A DNA stretch of 50,454 bases, filler included, from Trypethelium eluteriae (taxonomy: Eukaryota), in the NCBI GenBank assembly GCA_051942245.1. It is 2 parts of 2 records of this genome, joined end to end, with 100 filler letters (N's around TTAATTAATTAA, not from the genome) between each part and the next. Parts side by side here need not be neighbours in the genome. Positions count along the whole stretch, not along the records: positions 25,295 to 50,454 come from JAVECL010000381.1; 1 more part is not named here. One strand, 5' to 3'. The position numbers and the translations under genes are program-made. How positions within the stretch are numbered: the stretch's first letter is position 1; every line of letters begins with the position of its first letter. Shown one piece after another: positions 36,981 to 49,972 of the stretch. The notes under the pieces are model-generated. The model was not told the DNA's origin. It was given only the letters and a program-made list of their open reading frames with translations, and made no database searches.

Positions 36981-39878
36981 TCAAGTAACAACCTGGTTCG
37001 TCATTACAAGAGAACTGGAAGGTCCTGGATTCGAGCTTGAAAAAATATTGGTCTTTCTTCCAGCTTCATCCAAGGTTGTAATATCGCAATATTCATCTGC
37101 CCACTCATGTAGAGTCTTGAGCGACTTCTTCGTATCTGGATGAAGAGGGCAGAGAATCTGTTTCCTTAGCTCGAAACACGTCTTCATGAGAAAAAAAGCC
37201 TCTTGGTCACACCCTAGGCTTTTCAAGGGTTTCGCGAGGTTATGCATGCTGCTCAGTGTATGTGGATGTTCCTTCCCCAGCACTTTTTCTCTTCTAGCTA
37301 GCGCTTGTCGATGTATTGCTGCCGCCTCTTCATCCTTGCCTTGAGCGTGAAGCACGGAGCCCAGATTGCAAAAGCTGTATGATGTAAATGGATGCTCCTC
37401 CCCAAGCACCCTTACACTATCATCTAGCACTCGTCGGTGCAGAGATTCTGCCTCCTCATACCTGCCTAGAAATCCCAGCACGGAGGCCAGATTCCTAGCG
37501 CATACTAGTGTGTCTGGATGTCTTTCACCAAAATTCTTCTTGCTCCCTTCTAGTGCTCGGCGGTGCATCGTTTCTGCTTCGTTAACCTTGCCCTGCTTTC
37601 CTAATGTCAACCCCAAGTTGTCCATGCACGCAAGCGTTGACCCATGCTCCATCCCAAGTACCTTCTCTTGTGATTGCAGCGCTCTTCGGTAGATAAGTTC
37701 AGCTTCTTTGTAATCACCCCGTTCTGACGCTACCAGTCCAAGGTTATTGAGATCGGAAAGGGTAAGTGGATCCTCTGGTCCAAGTACTTTCTCTCGCCCT
37801 TGCATTGCTCGTCGAAACATCACTTCAGCCTCTTCGTATTTGCCACCCACTCGTAATGCTGTCGCAAGCCTGCCGACGCTCGAGAGCGTGCATGGATGTT
37901 CTACTCCTAGAGTCATCTCCCTTGCTTCTAAAGCGCCTCTGCCCATCTCTTGTGCTACCTGGTAGTACCCCATTTCATGTGCATAGACCATGGCTTTGGA
38001 AAGTACGGACGCCCAAGTCTGTAGGACGTCATCACGCTTTGGCCGACACGCTACTGTTGCTTGTGCGTGTGGAAATAGCGCTTGACATGCCTTCCAATTC
38101 TCGTAGTCGCTTTTTGGATAGTTCTCATTCATAAGTGTGACATACTTCTCTTTCCAGTCCTCCAGGTCGCCCTGCAACTCGAGCCATTTCATTGTTGAAA
38201 ACTGTACCAGTCGATGCATCTGGAAATGACGCCCACCTACGTCTGTCGCGACCAGAGAGAAGCTGAGCAATGTGTTTAGATCATCCTCAAAATCAGCGCT
38301 GACATCACTGCTCTCGTGGTAATGGTCCCCAAGCAGAGATTCTGGGATGCTCTGCCGATTGAAAAAACTCATGAGCGACAGCAATCGCGTCGCTGAAGGC
38401 CGTTCTCTGCGTATGTGCTCGAACGAGATCTGCCAAGTAGTAATAATGGAGTTTGACGCTGTTCCGTCCCTACGAGTGTCTCCAAGGTCCATTTGTAGCA
38501 GCTTTGCTCTGTCTCGATCACCTTCACGAAGTCCTTGCAGATACTTTGACACGGTAGCACGTGGAGCCCTCTGACTAATGTAAGCAGCGGCTTGGGAGAT
38601 GGCAAGAGGCATATAGTCAAGTGCCGCGACCAATGCTGTCGCATCTTCTTGTCCCATACCATCTTGTTCCGTATAGTCTCGCCCAAAGCTACCCTTGAGC
38701 TGGTTTCGAAGCAATGTCAGAGCGTGTGCTTGGTCCATTGGACGGACTCCGATGATATTCGCATAATCTCCCGTCAGCCGAAAGGCGACGTCTCGGCTAC
38801 GTGAGGTGATGAGTATTGATCCATTTGACGATTGAGGAATAGAGTCCAGAAGAGTGGAAGCTGCCCGGCTTGCAAACTCGTCTCCGCTCCCTCTTCCTCC
38901 GGCTGACCTGCACGTGAAGACATCTACATCATCTGCATTGTCAATAATCATCATCCAGCGACCGTTTGTCTCGTCACATAGCCAGCTATAGACTCGCATC
39001 AGGATGTCTGCATCTGGCTGATCCAACCTACAGAGCTTAGCTCGTTCCGCAATTTTCCGATACCCCTCTATGAATCTTGCTGTGCTGCTTGCATGTACCC
39101 AGAAGACCCAAGTAGATGGCGACTTTTCTCGTATCCGGTATGAGTATTCAACGGCGAGCTGCGACTTTCTTTCAAGTGTTTCAGTTCATGCGCCTAGGAA
39201 GGGTAGGCTCAACACATACCCAACGCCACCGAGGCCGACTAGCGCTAGTCTCGATGCAAGCTGCCGGCTCCTGCAATCTACTTCAGCAAGTATTTGCCGG
39301 TCTACAAAATGCGGATCACGCCGAAATGGCACAGTGGAGGACGGGATGGACTGGATGGACGTGGTGGGACGGGGTAGTGGTCCGTCTACAACTGTCAGAA
39401 TCAAGACTCCTCAAGAACATAGGAGACTCATACCTGCAAAGGGACCCAATGAAGCGGCAGCGTGGTACGTCAGCGTCTGGATATACCCCCGAAGTACTAC
39501 TGTGATTCTCTCCACCTTCGCGTCGTAATGGAGACTCCGAAATGTCTTACCACCTCTTTTGATCCAGGAGTCGCCTGATGCGGGCAACACTTTCGCAATC
39601 ACATTGTCTAAAAGCCTTATCTGGATTCTGCACCCTTCGACAGCAGGAAGAAGCGCCTTCTTGGATTCGTCTCGCACAGATCCGACATTAATTCTTGACT
39701 GTGTTTGCTGGAGGGCATCTAGCAGCACAGGAAGCTCGGCTTTGATGTGGCGGAACGCTTCAGGGATATCCCCGAGCTTAGATTGATATTCTTCGAGACG
39801 TTTTAACACGCGGGAGCCGAAGTTAACGAGCTGGACTATGTTGGCGACAATGCTGACTGCTGCAAGAGCTTCCGCCAT
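36981..39878 (-). CDS. fungal NLR-like STAND protein: helical SesA/HeLo-like N-terminus, NB-ARC, TPR repeats (932 aa)
   Basis: MAEALAAVSIVANIVQLV N-terminus; VPFRRDPHFVDR; Walker A GLGGVGKS; Walker B MMIIDNADD; ILITSR; YMPLAI; QMHRLVQ; about seven 42-aa TPRs (REKVLGxEHPxTL). Introns 39386-39433 and 39169-39219 give an intact frame. Confidence 0.93.
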
Positions 39879-41291
39879 CGCATTGTTGTAGTTCCTTAAG
39901 GGCGAGGGGAGAAGCTGGTATAGAAAAGACACTGTCGCACTCACATCAGTGTAAAATCAGGGGTGCGAGTGGAGCCTTGACACTATAGCTGTGCAAAGCT
40001 TGTCTAGGTGGGCTGTGTCAGGCTGAGTGGTGCTATAAGCCAGGCTGTGCAAGGCGAGGCACCCGCTAAATGGTTACGCATATATAGCTGCATCTAAACT
40101 CACCTTTTTTCTAAGGGGTGCTGATCCTAACAATCCCTCGTTTCTATACACAAGTCCGTTACGTTGTATCGCAAGTGCAAGGCATCTTGACTGTATGTGC
40201 CTGTTACTGGAACATAGACCAGAAGTTGATGGTCCGGCTGATTGGCGACAAACGCCTCTGCATCTTGCCACCGCATACTCTACATGAAGGATGTTCATCA
40301 CATTGAGCTCCTGCCAAATGCGAAAGCAAACGTCATCAACGTGGTCGCGATGGCATAACGGCCCTGGGTTGGTCGAATAACCCGGTAGTGGCAGTCCTTC
40401 TGAAGCGCGGCTCTCTTCACCAACGTACCGTATCGTCTTCAATCGGCCCGACGTTCTTGCTCTCTTGGTAAAGTATCGTACCGCTCAAGCCGACCGTCCA
40501 ACCTTGCACTGTTCGCTCCTTGATCCTGCTGCATCTGATTGCGTCGAGTGCGGACATCTGGACTATGGAGGACGCCTTGGAACATCTATGAAAGATTCCA
40601 GCATTTCGGAACGTGATGTTATACGTGATGTCAGCTGTGTGGGTTCAAAATCGCTGGGCTTGTTTTGGGCCTCTACAGAGGTCTATTTGATGGTTTTCTA
40701 AAATTGAGGAGATGACAACACTGCTGACATCGCTATCCCCAATTCGGCACCTGAGATTATGGCTGCTCCTGCGGCTGAAAATCCACCAAATTACTAGCCC
40801 ATGGGCCCCTGTAATTACTGAAGGTCTTAGGCCCGAGAGATTGATGATAATTCAAGGCGGCATAGACGGGTCAGGAACGTCCACACAGTGGGTTCGATGG
40901 TGAGTATGTACGCTGGAGTAACTGAATCTGGATCTGGACTCAAGCCTCTTACATATATACCTTAGGATATGCAAGGTATTCGTTATTGTACCACATTGAG
41001 CGACGCGCGTCATCTTGCAGAGCGTATCACAAGTCTCCACAACAACGCATCAGTTGTCGATCATGAGGAAAGTCTGCATCAATACCAGTAGTCAGCCAGA
41101 CCCGCCACAATCCGTGCTACTCACGTGTTCGATACAGTCGCCCACTAATGGCAACAGTTGCAAGTTGGCGGATCTAATACTTTCAAGTCAGCAACATCAA
41201 ATGCTGAATCTAATTAAATTTGCGCAAAGACGCTTTGAGTACACTCTCAACTGTTCGGAGATTAGATTAGTCTCTAGGTCTACTGATTTTG

Positions 41292-42316
41292 CTAATTGTA
41301 CAAGTCTATCTTCGAAGGTCTTGTCGTTGTATCCTGGAGCTCGGAGTAGGCATGCCATGGTCTCGACTCTTTGTTAGGAGCTCTGCCGGTGCAGATAGTG
41401 ACCTCAATACCATCCTGATTTGATATGTCAGTGTTTCTGTTACAAGGGAGGACAGTAGCGCACCTACTGGAACTCCAGACATGTGGAAGGTATGAATCAT
41501 TCTGCTCTCGTAGATGAGGGTAGGGTCGCCACCAATCTCTTCACCGTTGAGGATTCCAGATTTCATTCGCGCTTTCTTCTCCAATGGTGTGGCTCGCACG
41601 TACGCTAGATACTGCGGATTGCCGGGTTGGATGACATCGTCCGCAACCAATGTTGTCCCCGGCCTAATCATACCGAAGTTCTCGCAGTGTCGAAGGTCGC
41701 GCGTGTAAAGTGGCTTCAGATGATCGAGGAACAGCAGATCGATAGTGCGTACAGCTTTCGTTTCATACAAATGTCGGAGCATTGTATCACTTGGTCCTAC
41801 AACAACCGTGACAATGTCATCCAAGCCGGCCAATTCTATTAGCTTCGTTGATACAGCCGCGAAGGAGGGGTTCTCCTCGATCGAGATGTATCTCTTGCCT
41901 CCTACCCGGCGGACTACATTGCCGAAGAGGATTGCGCTGTATCCAACGTAGCCACCAATCTCAACGACGATCTCCGGTCGACAAGTCGTAATCACCTCGG
42001 TAACAATGTCTCCTTTGTGGGAGCCTATGTTCATCAAAAATTTCGTCGTACGCCCGTACTCATCGATTGCCGCAATCACAGCTTCAGGCGATCCACGCAT
42101 GTTGGGAAGGCTAGGGTGCGCCAACACATAATTGAGCAAGTCCTGTTCTCGGCCGTCGTTGAACTGGTTATAATAGACTCAGTGTCATGTCATAAGATAG
42201 TCGAGAATACTAACGAAGCCTTTCCCTGGTTCTTTTGCCACATATTTAGATGCTCGATCAAAGGCACTCGGCTCTGCACTGGAGACCATCCGTAGGTTCT
42301 TCTTGAGCGATTCCAT
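41292..42316 (-). CDS. catechol O-methyltransferase family protein
   Basis: FNDGREQDLLNYV, RGSPEAVIAAIDEY, LMNIGSHKG, VEIGGYVGYS, LFLDHLK, PGNPQYL, DGIEVT. Introns near 42165-42214 and 41415-41467; stop TAG at 41292. Confidence 0.9.
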
Positions 42317-44504
42317 CGTGTTTAGCTCAAATTGATGGGTGGAGGCTGGCATTCTGAAGCTGTGTTTCTCTACATTCGTCGATATGTTGAGGCTTCTTGA
42401 GTGGTTCCAAGAATGTATGAGCTTCTATTGGGCCTTCTAGTAGGAAGCCCAATGCATTAGTGCCGCGCCTCCCGAGGGTGCGATTCCATTTAGGGCTCTA
42501 CGTCTAGACAGAAAAAAAAAGTCTCAACGGGCACTTACCTTGCATTTAACCTAGCTGTCTATCCAAATACGACTAAGGTCTTGCCCCTTACCTTGTCCAT
42601 AAGAGTTCCAGCACTAGCGAGCGACGGACCACGTTCATTCCCGCCATGCTAAAATCCTATATCGAAATTCGGTGCCTGGGCAGCACGGCAGGCTCTGTGG
42701 ATCCAGAACAGTTCGCAACTTTCTAGTGGACGTTGAATTCGCAAGGCTTGCCCCTGATCCAGGCATAGTTAGGAAACAATTCCCGCACCGACCCGGCATT
42801 AGTTTAGCTACCGTATGCACCTAACACGATACACGTGCATTGAGGCACTCATTTCGAGAGTGGTGGACTGCCATCGACTGCACACCCGCCCTTTCCGAAG
42901 GATCTTACGCCGGAGGAACTGTCTGCTTCCCCGGGCGTGACGCGGGATGGTTGGTGTAGTAAGATGGACTCTCTGAAGAGGACGTGGGGGGCACCGAGGG
43001 TCAAAGTCAAAGGAGAGGGCCGATTTTTTTCCGTGCGACCGCAAAGGGCACGATAAGGTATATATACCTGTACGTATACGCCACCTTCCATGGAGCTTCA
43101 CTTTCATACAAGTGTTTTAGGTGGACCCGTTGACCCTGCTAGCATAGGAGTCGCGTTTGGATTTGAACTAAAGTCTTACAGGGTTCTCCCTTACAATCTG
43201 ACCTCGACTACTTCCCTTCGTAATCTAGTTGAACTCTTGCTTTAGGAGCCCAGCGTTAGAACCAAGCCTTTTTCTACAAACTTCCGTACCGATTGACCAT
43301 AGTATCAGCCTTGCAGACCGAAACCTGCCGAACGCTGCATAGACAAATGCCACTTCGGGAAACGCGTAGAACTCTGGATACCTTATGGATGCACTGGTGG
43401 TTCCACTTAGGATGATTATCTTGTGATTTTGGCTTTGAGTATATGCAAATGGCACAATCCGCCCTCGGTATCGCAGGTCTTGATGATGACGTTGGTGACT
43501 TCATACGAATACCTAGCATACGTGTATGTCCGCAACCGAAGACCGTTACGTGCACTAGCACGGCCATAGTCCTCGCATTGTCCAAGCCTAGGTACCCAGG
43601 TTCAATGTACCGAATGAATGCAGCAGTCCTCGAGCGTGCGCAATACTTGCTTCTTGTATCCTTCTACAGCCCGTACCCAGTTTCACCGTAGACGCCGCAA
43701 TGGTTGTGAGGCTTAACTCGGTTCTGCTGCGCCTCTTGGTCCACCGGGTCAAAGTCTAGTACAGTGTCCACCTCAGTCAGAGTGGTTAGGCGAAACCTGC
43801 TGTCTTCTCCAGTGTTGAGTAGACCAGGCAGATGCCAAGTGATGCCCAACTCGTCTACAACCTTCCACATGCTTTGCTGTTTCGCACGTAGACACGCAAA
43901 GAGGGTAAATGAATGACACCGCTGAGGAAACCTCAGCTTGTCAGTCTTTGAGGGGGGTTTTATAGATTAAATTTGTCCCCACGATACCGCGGTTTGAGGG
44001 CACGAACTTGAACACTCAAATTTCCACCAAGAACAAGAGGTTCCACAGTTTTGCGCACCGCGGCGACGTCGATATCGTGAAATTGAGTTGGCGGCGTATA
44101 CCGTTGCTAATTGGCAATGCCGAGATACCGACAGAGAACAATCTCGCTTCAAGGCACGGCAAATTGCCTGACAAGCAGCTGGGGAAATCCAGGCACTTGG
44201 CACAACGACAAAGATCGTATACGTGCAAGTTATGCTGGTGCTGCATACACGGAATGCTGGCAGGAATATAAATGGAGGCTGGAGGTGGTTGAAGTTTCTT
44301 GGTAGGAGCCTGCATAGGGTATCCTACCTAAGATATCCGTTGGTCCACTGCACGTGGCTGCTGTGCAGCATAAAATACCCTCATACTTGCATTCGGCTGC
44401 ATTTCACATTGGACTGAGTAATGCATATGGACTGTAGGCGGAACACTTTGAGCATTCCCCACCGCTATACCTGGTGGCGGCGATGCGCTCATTAATCGTA
44501 CAAT

Positions 44505-46449
44505 CTATTGACCGTTCATGATATCTACCGCGATTTTCTCCGCTAGAGCATCTAGACGTCATTAGCCTCGAAATGGTCCATGCAAAAGAGTTAAAAAGTC
44601 TTGTGAACTCACAAACAGTGGACTGAGGATGTCCTGGTGGAAGGAAAGGGAATGCACTAGCATCTACTACACGAACGCCTTTTACGCCTATCACATTCGC
44701 CCTAGAGTCCACGACAGCCATTGTATCATTGGTTGTACCCATTCGACATGTGCCCGCAGCATGATGGATAGTATCAGAACTTTGTCTAATGACTTTCAAA
44801 ATCTGTTCGTCAGTCTGTACGTCCTCTCCGGGAAACGCCTCCGTTCCATTGAGAATGGGCTTCACTGCATTGGCTGTCAGCACCTGCCGTGTTCGGCGAA
44901 ACGCGGCGATGGCCACTTCCTGGTCGCGAGGGTCGGTAAGCCAATTCGGGTTTACGACAGGATGGACAAGAGTATCGTTAGACTGTATTGTGACGTTCCC
45001 TCGCGAGAAAGGGGATACAAGTGCGGCACAAATGGCCGTGTAGTTATTGACATTAGGTGCATCGCGGAGAAAGTCGTTCAGAGAGCCTGTATAGGCGTCG
45101 AGGTTCAGCAGCTCGATGTGGGGCCAGTCTGCTGGGAATGTGGATTCAAGAGCGTTAAGAGTGGAGTTGGACAGCAAAGAGGACGGAAGCTTTTCGAAGG
45201 CCAGGAGGTCACCTCCAACATTGGTTAGAATACCAGTGCGATTTTCCACGAATTCCGCTGTCGCTTGCGCTGCAAATGCTTCATCCGCAAGCCAACCGTG
45301 TGTCAGCGCATTGACAACATAAGCAGGACCAAAGAATACATGATCCCACATATTCTGACCAACCCCCGGACGATCTGCGAGTACCTCTATGTTCAAGCTT
45401 TCCAGAGTCGAGGCAGGACCGATGCCAGACGTCATTAGTATCTGTGGAGATCTGAAAGTGCCTGATGACACAATGACTTCTTTTGTGGCGTTGATAGAAT
45501 ATGTGATGGTACCAGTTCCGAGACCTGCATTCTCCACAAGGACACCCGTTGCTTTCTTATTGTCATCAAAAAGAATTTTCTTTGCCAGTGTCGACTGATA
45601 TACAAGGAGATTGTCGTTTGCATCCAGTGATTCTTGGAGGAAAGCAGACTCGGATGTGCTTCGAATTTGCATTTCCGGCTCTATTGTCAGTGCAGCCCAC
45701 GTCCATCCTAGCAAATTACCATCTACCATCCCTGGGATTTGTTGGAGACCTATAGCTTCGAGTCCTTTAGACAGCCAACTTCCAGCAGGATTGACAAAGT
45801 TTGACCAAGACACTTGAAGGGGTCCGCCAGATGGGCTGTAGTCTGAGGTGCTATAAAGAGGCGTGGCATTTGCTGGTCTTGCTCCAGCGTTGGGCGGGCT
45901 GAACTTTACGCTCTTTTTGAAGAAAGGGAGAAAGTTCGACCAGGTAAAGCTTTGATCTCCAGCCTCAGCAGCCCATTTCTCGTAGGAACCTTTTGTGCCT
46001 CTTTGATATAGCATAAAATTTCTTGTACTACCCCCACCTAACGTCCTGCCTTGAGGGTAGAGGACAGGCTTTCCCTCCAAGCCATATTGGGGGGTGGTCT
46101 GCTGCCTCCAATCGATTAGAGGGTTCCGATACAAGGGGTCTTTCCCAAGATAGTAGGAGGCGTCTGCGGGAATCTGAGTCAAATTGCCATTATCAAGTTC
46201 ATAGAAGCTTCCAGCCTCAATGACTGCCACGCTGTAATTGTCTGACAATCGACGCGCCAACGTTAGGCCAGCCGTTCCGCCGCCTATTATCACATAGTCA
46301 AAAGAAGCCGGTTGGTCCACATAACCGAAATGAGAGCCTACAAGCCCCTGAACCTGCAATTTTTGGTTGAAAGCATTGTTGAGCGCCGTGTGACTAGGTA
46401 GACCTAAGGACAAAGTCACGAGTGCATAGACAAACACCAAAGCGAACAT
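44505..46449 (-). CDS. secreted GMC oxidoreductase
   Basis: ATG 46449 with signal peptide MFALVFVYALVTLSLG; FDYVIIGGGTAG, GRTLGGGS, SPQILMTSGIG, VGQNMWDH, HHAAGTCRMG, VRVVDAS, PPGHP. A final intron (~44552-44611) leads to YALAEKIAVDIMNGQ-stop. Confidence 0.95.
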
Positions 46450-48004
46450 AGTGTGAGGATTAACGCCACTGGAAAATTGACTGAAACACAATGGTGGGAA
46501 GGAAACGGTTGTCAGCAGTGAGAAGGATAGGCAGACTCAAAATGAAGACCATAGCAGAAGTACAGAGAGTCAATGAGGCTGCATTGTGGCATGCCGCGAA
46601 TCTGTTCCGTACGCTTCAGCGAACCCATCTGCCGTGCCATAACGACCTGGCCACCACCATGCAGGTGACGCGGGAAGGCGGATGGGTGAGCTATTAGATA
46701 ATCTGTCAAGCGCTTACATTGCAGTACGGCATGAAGACAAGCTAAAATTCCGGGATAAGTAATTACGGAATGGATTGATATTATCCGGATTCTACTGGAT
46801 CAGGCGTGGCCCTCGTCGAGGGAGAGCTTCGTCGGGAACGGATCAATGTTTATCCAAGGTATATCATTCGTCGCAACCTCTCCATTGAATCTCCTGAGGT
46901 CCAAGCATTCTGGAACTGTCGATCTCTACGCCGTACCAAGCAAATTTTCTGTATGAGATTAATCACGAAAATGATGAGGCATTGCTCGAATTTCTTTGCT
47001 AGATATGCCGACACGAGTCATGTCAGCAGGCCTCACGGGCGGCAGAGGCGTAGATCGTACCTGAATCGGAAGACTAAAATGCCTAGAATCTTGTAGCTTT
47101 AGAGATCGTCTGCGTCGGGAAGCTACGGGTTCATCATAAAGGTACCAAAGTATGTCACAGGCCTCGGATCACTGTATTTGCTCCAGCCTCGTCCGGTTGA
47201 AGCAGCAAGGGCTCACATATAACAATGAACCCGTACATATTAGCATTCCTCAATTCACCAAGCTCGTGAGACAAAAATAATGCATGGAGAGGTTGAGGAT
47301 ATAGGTAATTATTTCACTGCGCGGGAAGTAGCTCCCTCTCATACTTCAAGGTAAGACCACGCGACGTTGAAATAGAGCGGTGTTGCTCCTTCCGTACTCC
47401 AGCACTGACGATCACCAACTTCAGACCTTTGCCTCACTTATTCATAACCAAGCTGCAGTTCGCAAGTGTGTCCAGTCATCTATAAACTGACAGATTCTTT
47501 TCGACATACACCTGGCCTGCTGACTCTGACTTTCAGCAGGGGCTCGAGTGGTATCTTGGTTAAACGCCATTGCAGTTGCTGGAACTCTTTTCCCGAGCCA
47601 TTGGCTTTCTACCGTTGGGTAACTACCATCTTCTGTCGTTCTTTTTTTTTTTTTTTTGGAGAGGGGTAAACTTCGTGCTTCTTTTGAGACAATAGCATTT
47701 TGCTCAAGTCATGTCTTCAACCGACTGAAAACAAAAGAAAGAAAATATTCTTCTTCCTAACCGAGGCCGGAACTAAGGCAAGGTACCAGATGCTGAAGGT
47801 GAGATAGGGGACTACTTACAATTTTACATCATACCTCACTATGACAGCAGAAGCTTTAGTACTTTCCCTTACTCAAATACATTGTCCATAGGCGTGGTCT
47901 GGCACGAAGGAGATCGATTTGTCTATTGATTGTTGTACAAGTAAGCTTGCTTTTGACCGAGCTTCAGGAAACACATCTATCACACTGATACCGAAGTCGA
48001 TGTC

Positions 48005-49653
48005 TCAGCCCCTCTCACTCCCCCTTAATCGTACTGCTTGTCCATACTTCTGTAGTTTCGTGATGAGCTGATCGCCTTGCTTAACAACATCATTGTACTG
48101 CTTATTCTTATCGTCTGGACGGTTCGTCTCGATGATGCCGTTCACCCGGTCGATGGTACAAGGCACACGATCTGCAGCAATGAATTTCGCCAGATCCCTG
48201 AAAAATGATTTAGTAAGCGTTCACCTGTGACCGATGATCATTGGAATCACATACCTGTCCAGGAAGTCCACCGATACTCCAAAATCATCTGCCATGCTCT
48301 TCAATCCAACAACCATATAGCTCTGTAATAGTTGCTGGTACGCACGTAACCGCATCTCGCGTACATACCAGCTTTTATGCTCCTGCAGGTACCGATCCTG
48401 GTTCAGAAAATTCTCCTCTACCTGACCAAGAGCAATGAAGAAAGACTTGTAGTTCCCGGAGTAAAGGCTGTTGACCAAGCTTGCCAGAGGCTTAAAATCG
48501 ATCGCAGTCTCCTCTTCTTGCTGTCCCATATTTGACTGGCCGAGTGTGGTTAAATTGACAGCTGCAGGCTTTGGGGTCGCAGAAGTATCGTCATTGCTGT
48601 CCGTCATGGCCTCATCTCCTGCAGCCGGACCCGATGAGACAGCACCAGTCAAAGCGGCAAGTTTGTCTTCTTTATCGCCAAGGATGGCCTTGATCTCAGG
48701 TGCGTCGACAACCTTGGCTTTAAAGTCCACACGCTTCAAAGAAACAGATCCAGCTAGGACGGCATAGATTACCAGGGAGGAATAGGAACAGAGCTCGTAA
48801 CTCGTGAAAGTCGACAGACTGTCCAGCAACAACGGTGCTGCTTGGGCGTGGGAACGAGTCGTAAGCAGGTGCAAACCTTGATAGGCTTTTAGACGATTTC
48901 GACGGTCCCAGTCACCACCACTCTCGACAAGGGAGCTGCACCGCTCAACGTTCTTTTTGACGAGGATCTTGTCACCGAAGAAGAGCCCAACCCTTATTAT
49001 GGCAAGAACGAGGTCGATACGTGTGCCAAGGATACCAGTCTTCTCAAACGCCTCTTCGTAAGCAGATATCGCACGCTCCTGTTATTCCAGACAACAATAT
49101 TAGCAAATGCTCAATGCAGCCTCGACTCAGGAGCAATGAGAGGTGTAATGTATACCTTATCTCCCACTCTTGCGTAGAATTCAGCCCTCTTAGCTCTCGC
49201 GGTTTGAATCTCCGTCTCCCCGGCCTTCTCTGCCGCCTCGTCCTCCTCCTTTTGAATCTCTTCCAACTCCTTCTCGTTGTCCTTCCTCAGCTCCTCAAAG
49301 AGTGCCTCATCCCACGGCAAGTCCACCTTACCCAGACTCGGCCTTCTTGTTGCCAAGAGGCTTGTTGCTGAGCTTGATGAGCGTCTCAGATTGGTATTTG
49401 CGGAGGCGTTAGCTGCGGAGTGGGAAGCGCTGGCGGGTTGTGTCACGGTGCCTTCACCAGAGGCGTTAAGGATACCTTCGGTTGGATGGGCGAGATGCCG
49501 GTAGAGAGGAGCCATTTTCTGCTCTTTAATGGCATTTTGGAGGGATTGAAGAGAGCGTTGCTGGGTTGAGGCAGAGGAGTACGGGTTCGTGAGGTGGAAG
49601 ATATGCTGAGAGAGTTGGAGATTTGGATAAGTCTGGTACTGAGGATCGCCCAT
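48005..49653 (-). CDS. rpn7: 26S proteasome lid subunit Rpn7 (PCI domain)
   Basis: MGDPQY..KMAPLY; GETEI; GGDWDRRNRLKAYQG; LLDSLSTFTSYEL; YVREMRLRAYQQLLQSY; DFGVSVDFLD; IDRVNGIIETNRPD; KLQKYGQAVRLRGSERG-stop; two introns. Confidence 0.97.
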
Positions 49654-49972
49654 GATGCGCACGGAATCCGGGAATTTGACGTATGTGCTGAATGGGGATC
49701 TGAAGGGATGTGAAGAACGTAGGTCAGGTGGACTAGAAATCCCTTATTCGGCACGAAAATCCGTGTTATGATGCTCGTGATGAGGTCGCGAGCTTGGGAG
49801 CTTAAACCGGCTTCGGAGGTGATGGCCGCAGTTGGACAAAACTTTGACTGCCAGCCGGAGCTTCAAATGTCACTTAAAAGCCTGGCCATTCCTACATCTT
49901 CACTCTCACCAAAAACAACACTAGAGTTACTCTCCCTCAACTCGATCACGCTCGAAGACCAATTGGCTCATT

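Noticed and set aside
42428..42454. ATTGGGC..GCCCAAT hairpin upstream of COMT
   Set aside because: 7-bp arms are within chance expectation for 50 kb, and bacterial-type terminators do not apply here.
43225..44315. Short ORFs between COMT and GMC, including an ATG at 43870 after a TATAAAA
   Set aside because: No consistent spliced model or recognisable domain could be built; BLASTX or RNA-seq would be needed.
48520..49470. Ser/Ala-rich insertions in Rpn7
   Set aside because: Low-complexity insertions of this kind are, to my knowledge, usual in filamentous ascomycete Rpn7.
4977..49653. Three F-box genes plus Rpn7 as a ubiquitin-proteasome cluster
   Set aside because: The genes are 10-20 kb apart, unrelated in sequence and partly separated by an assembly gap; F-box genes are numerous in fungi.
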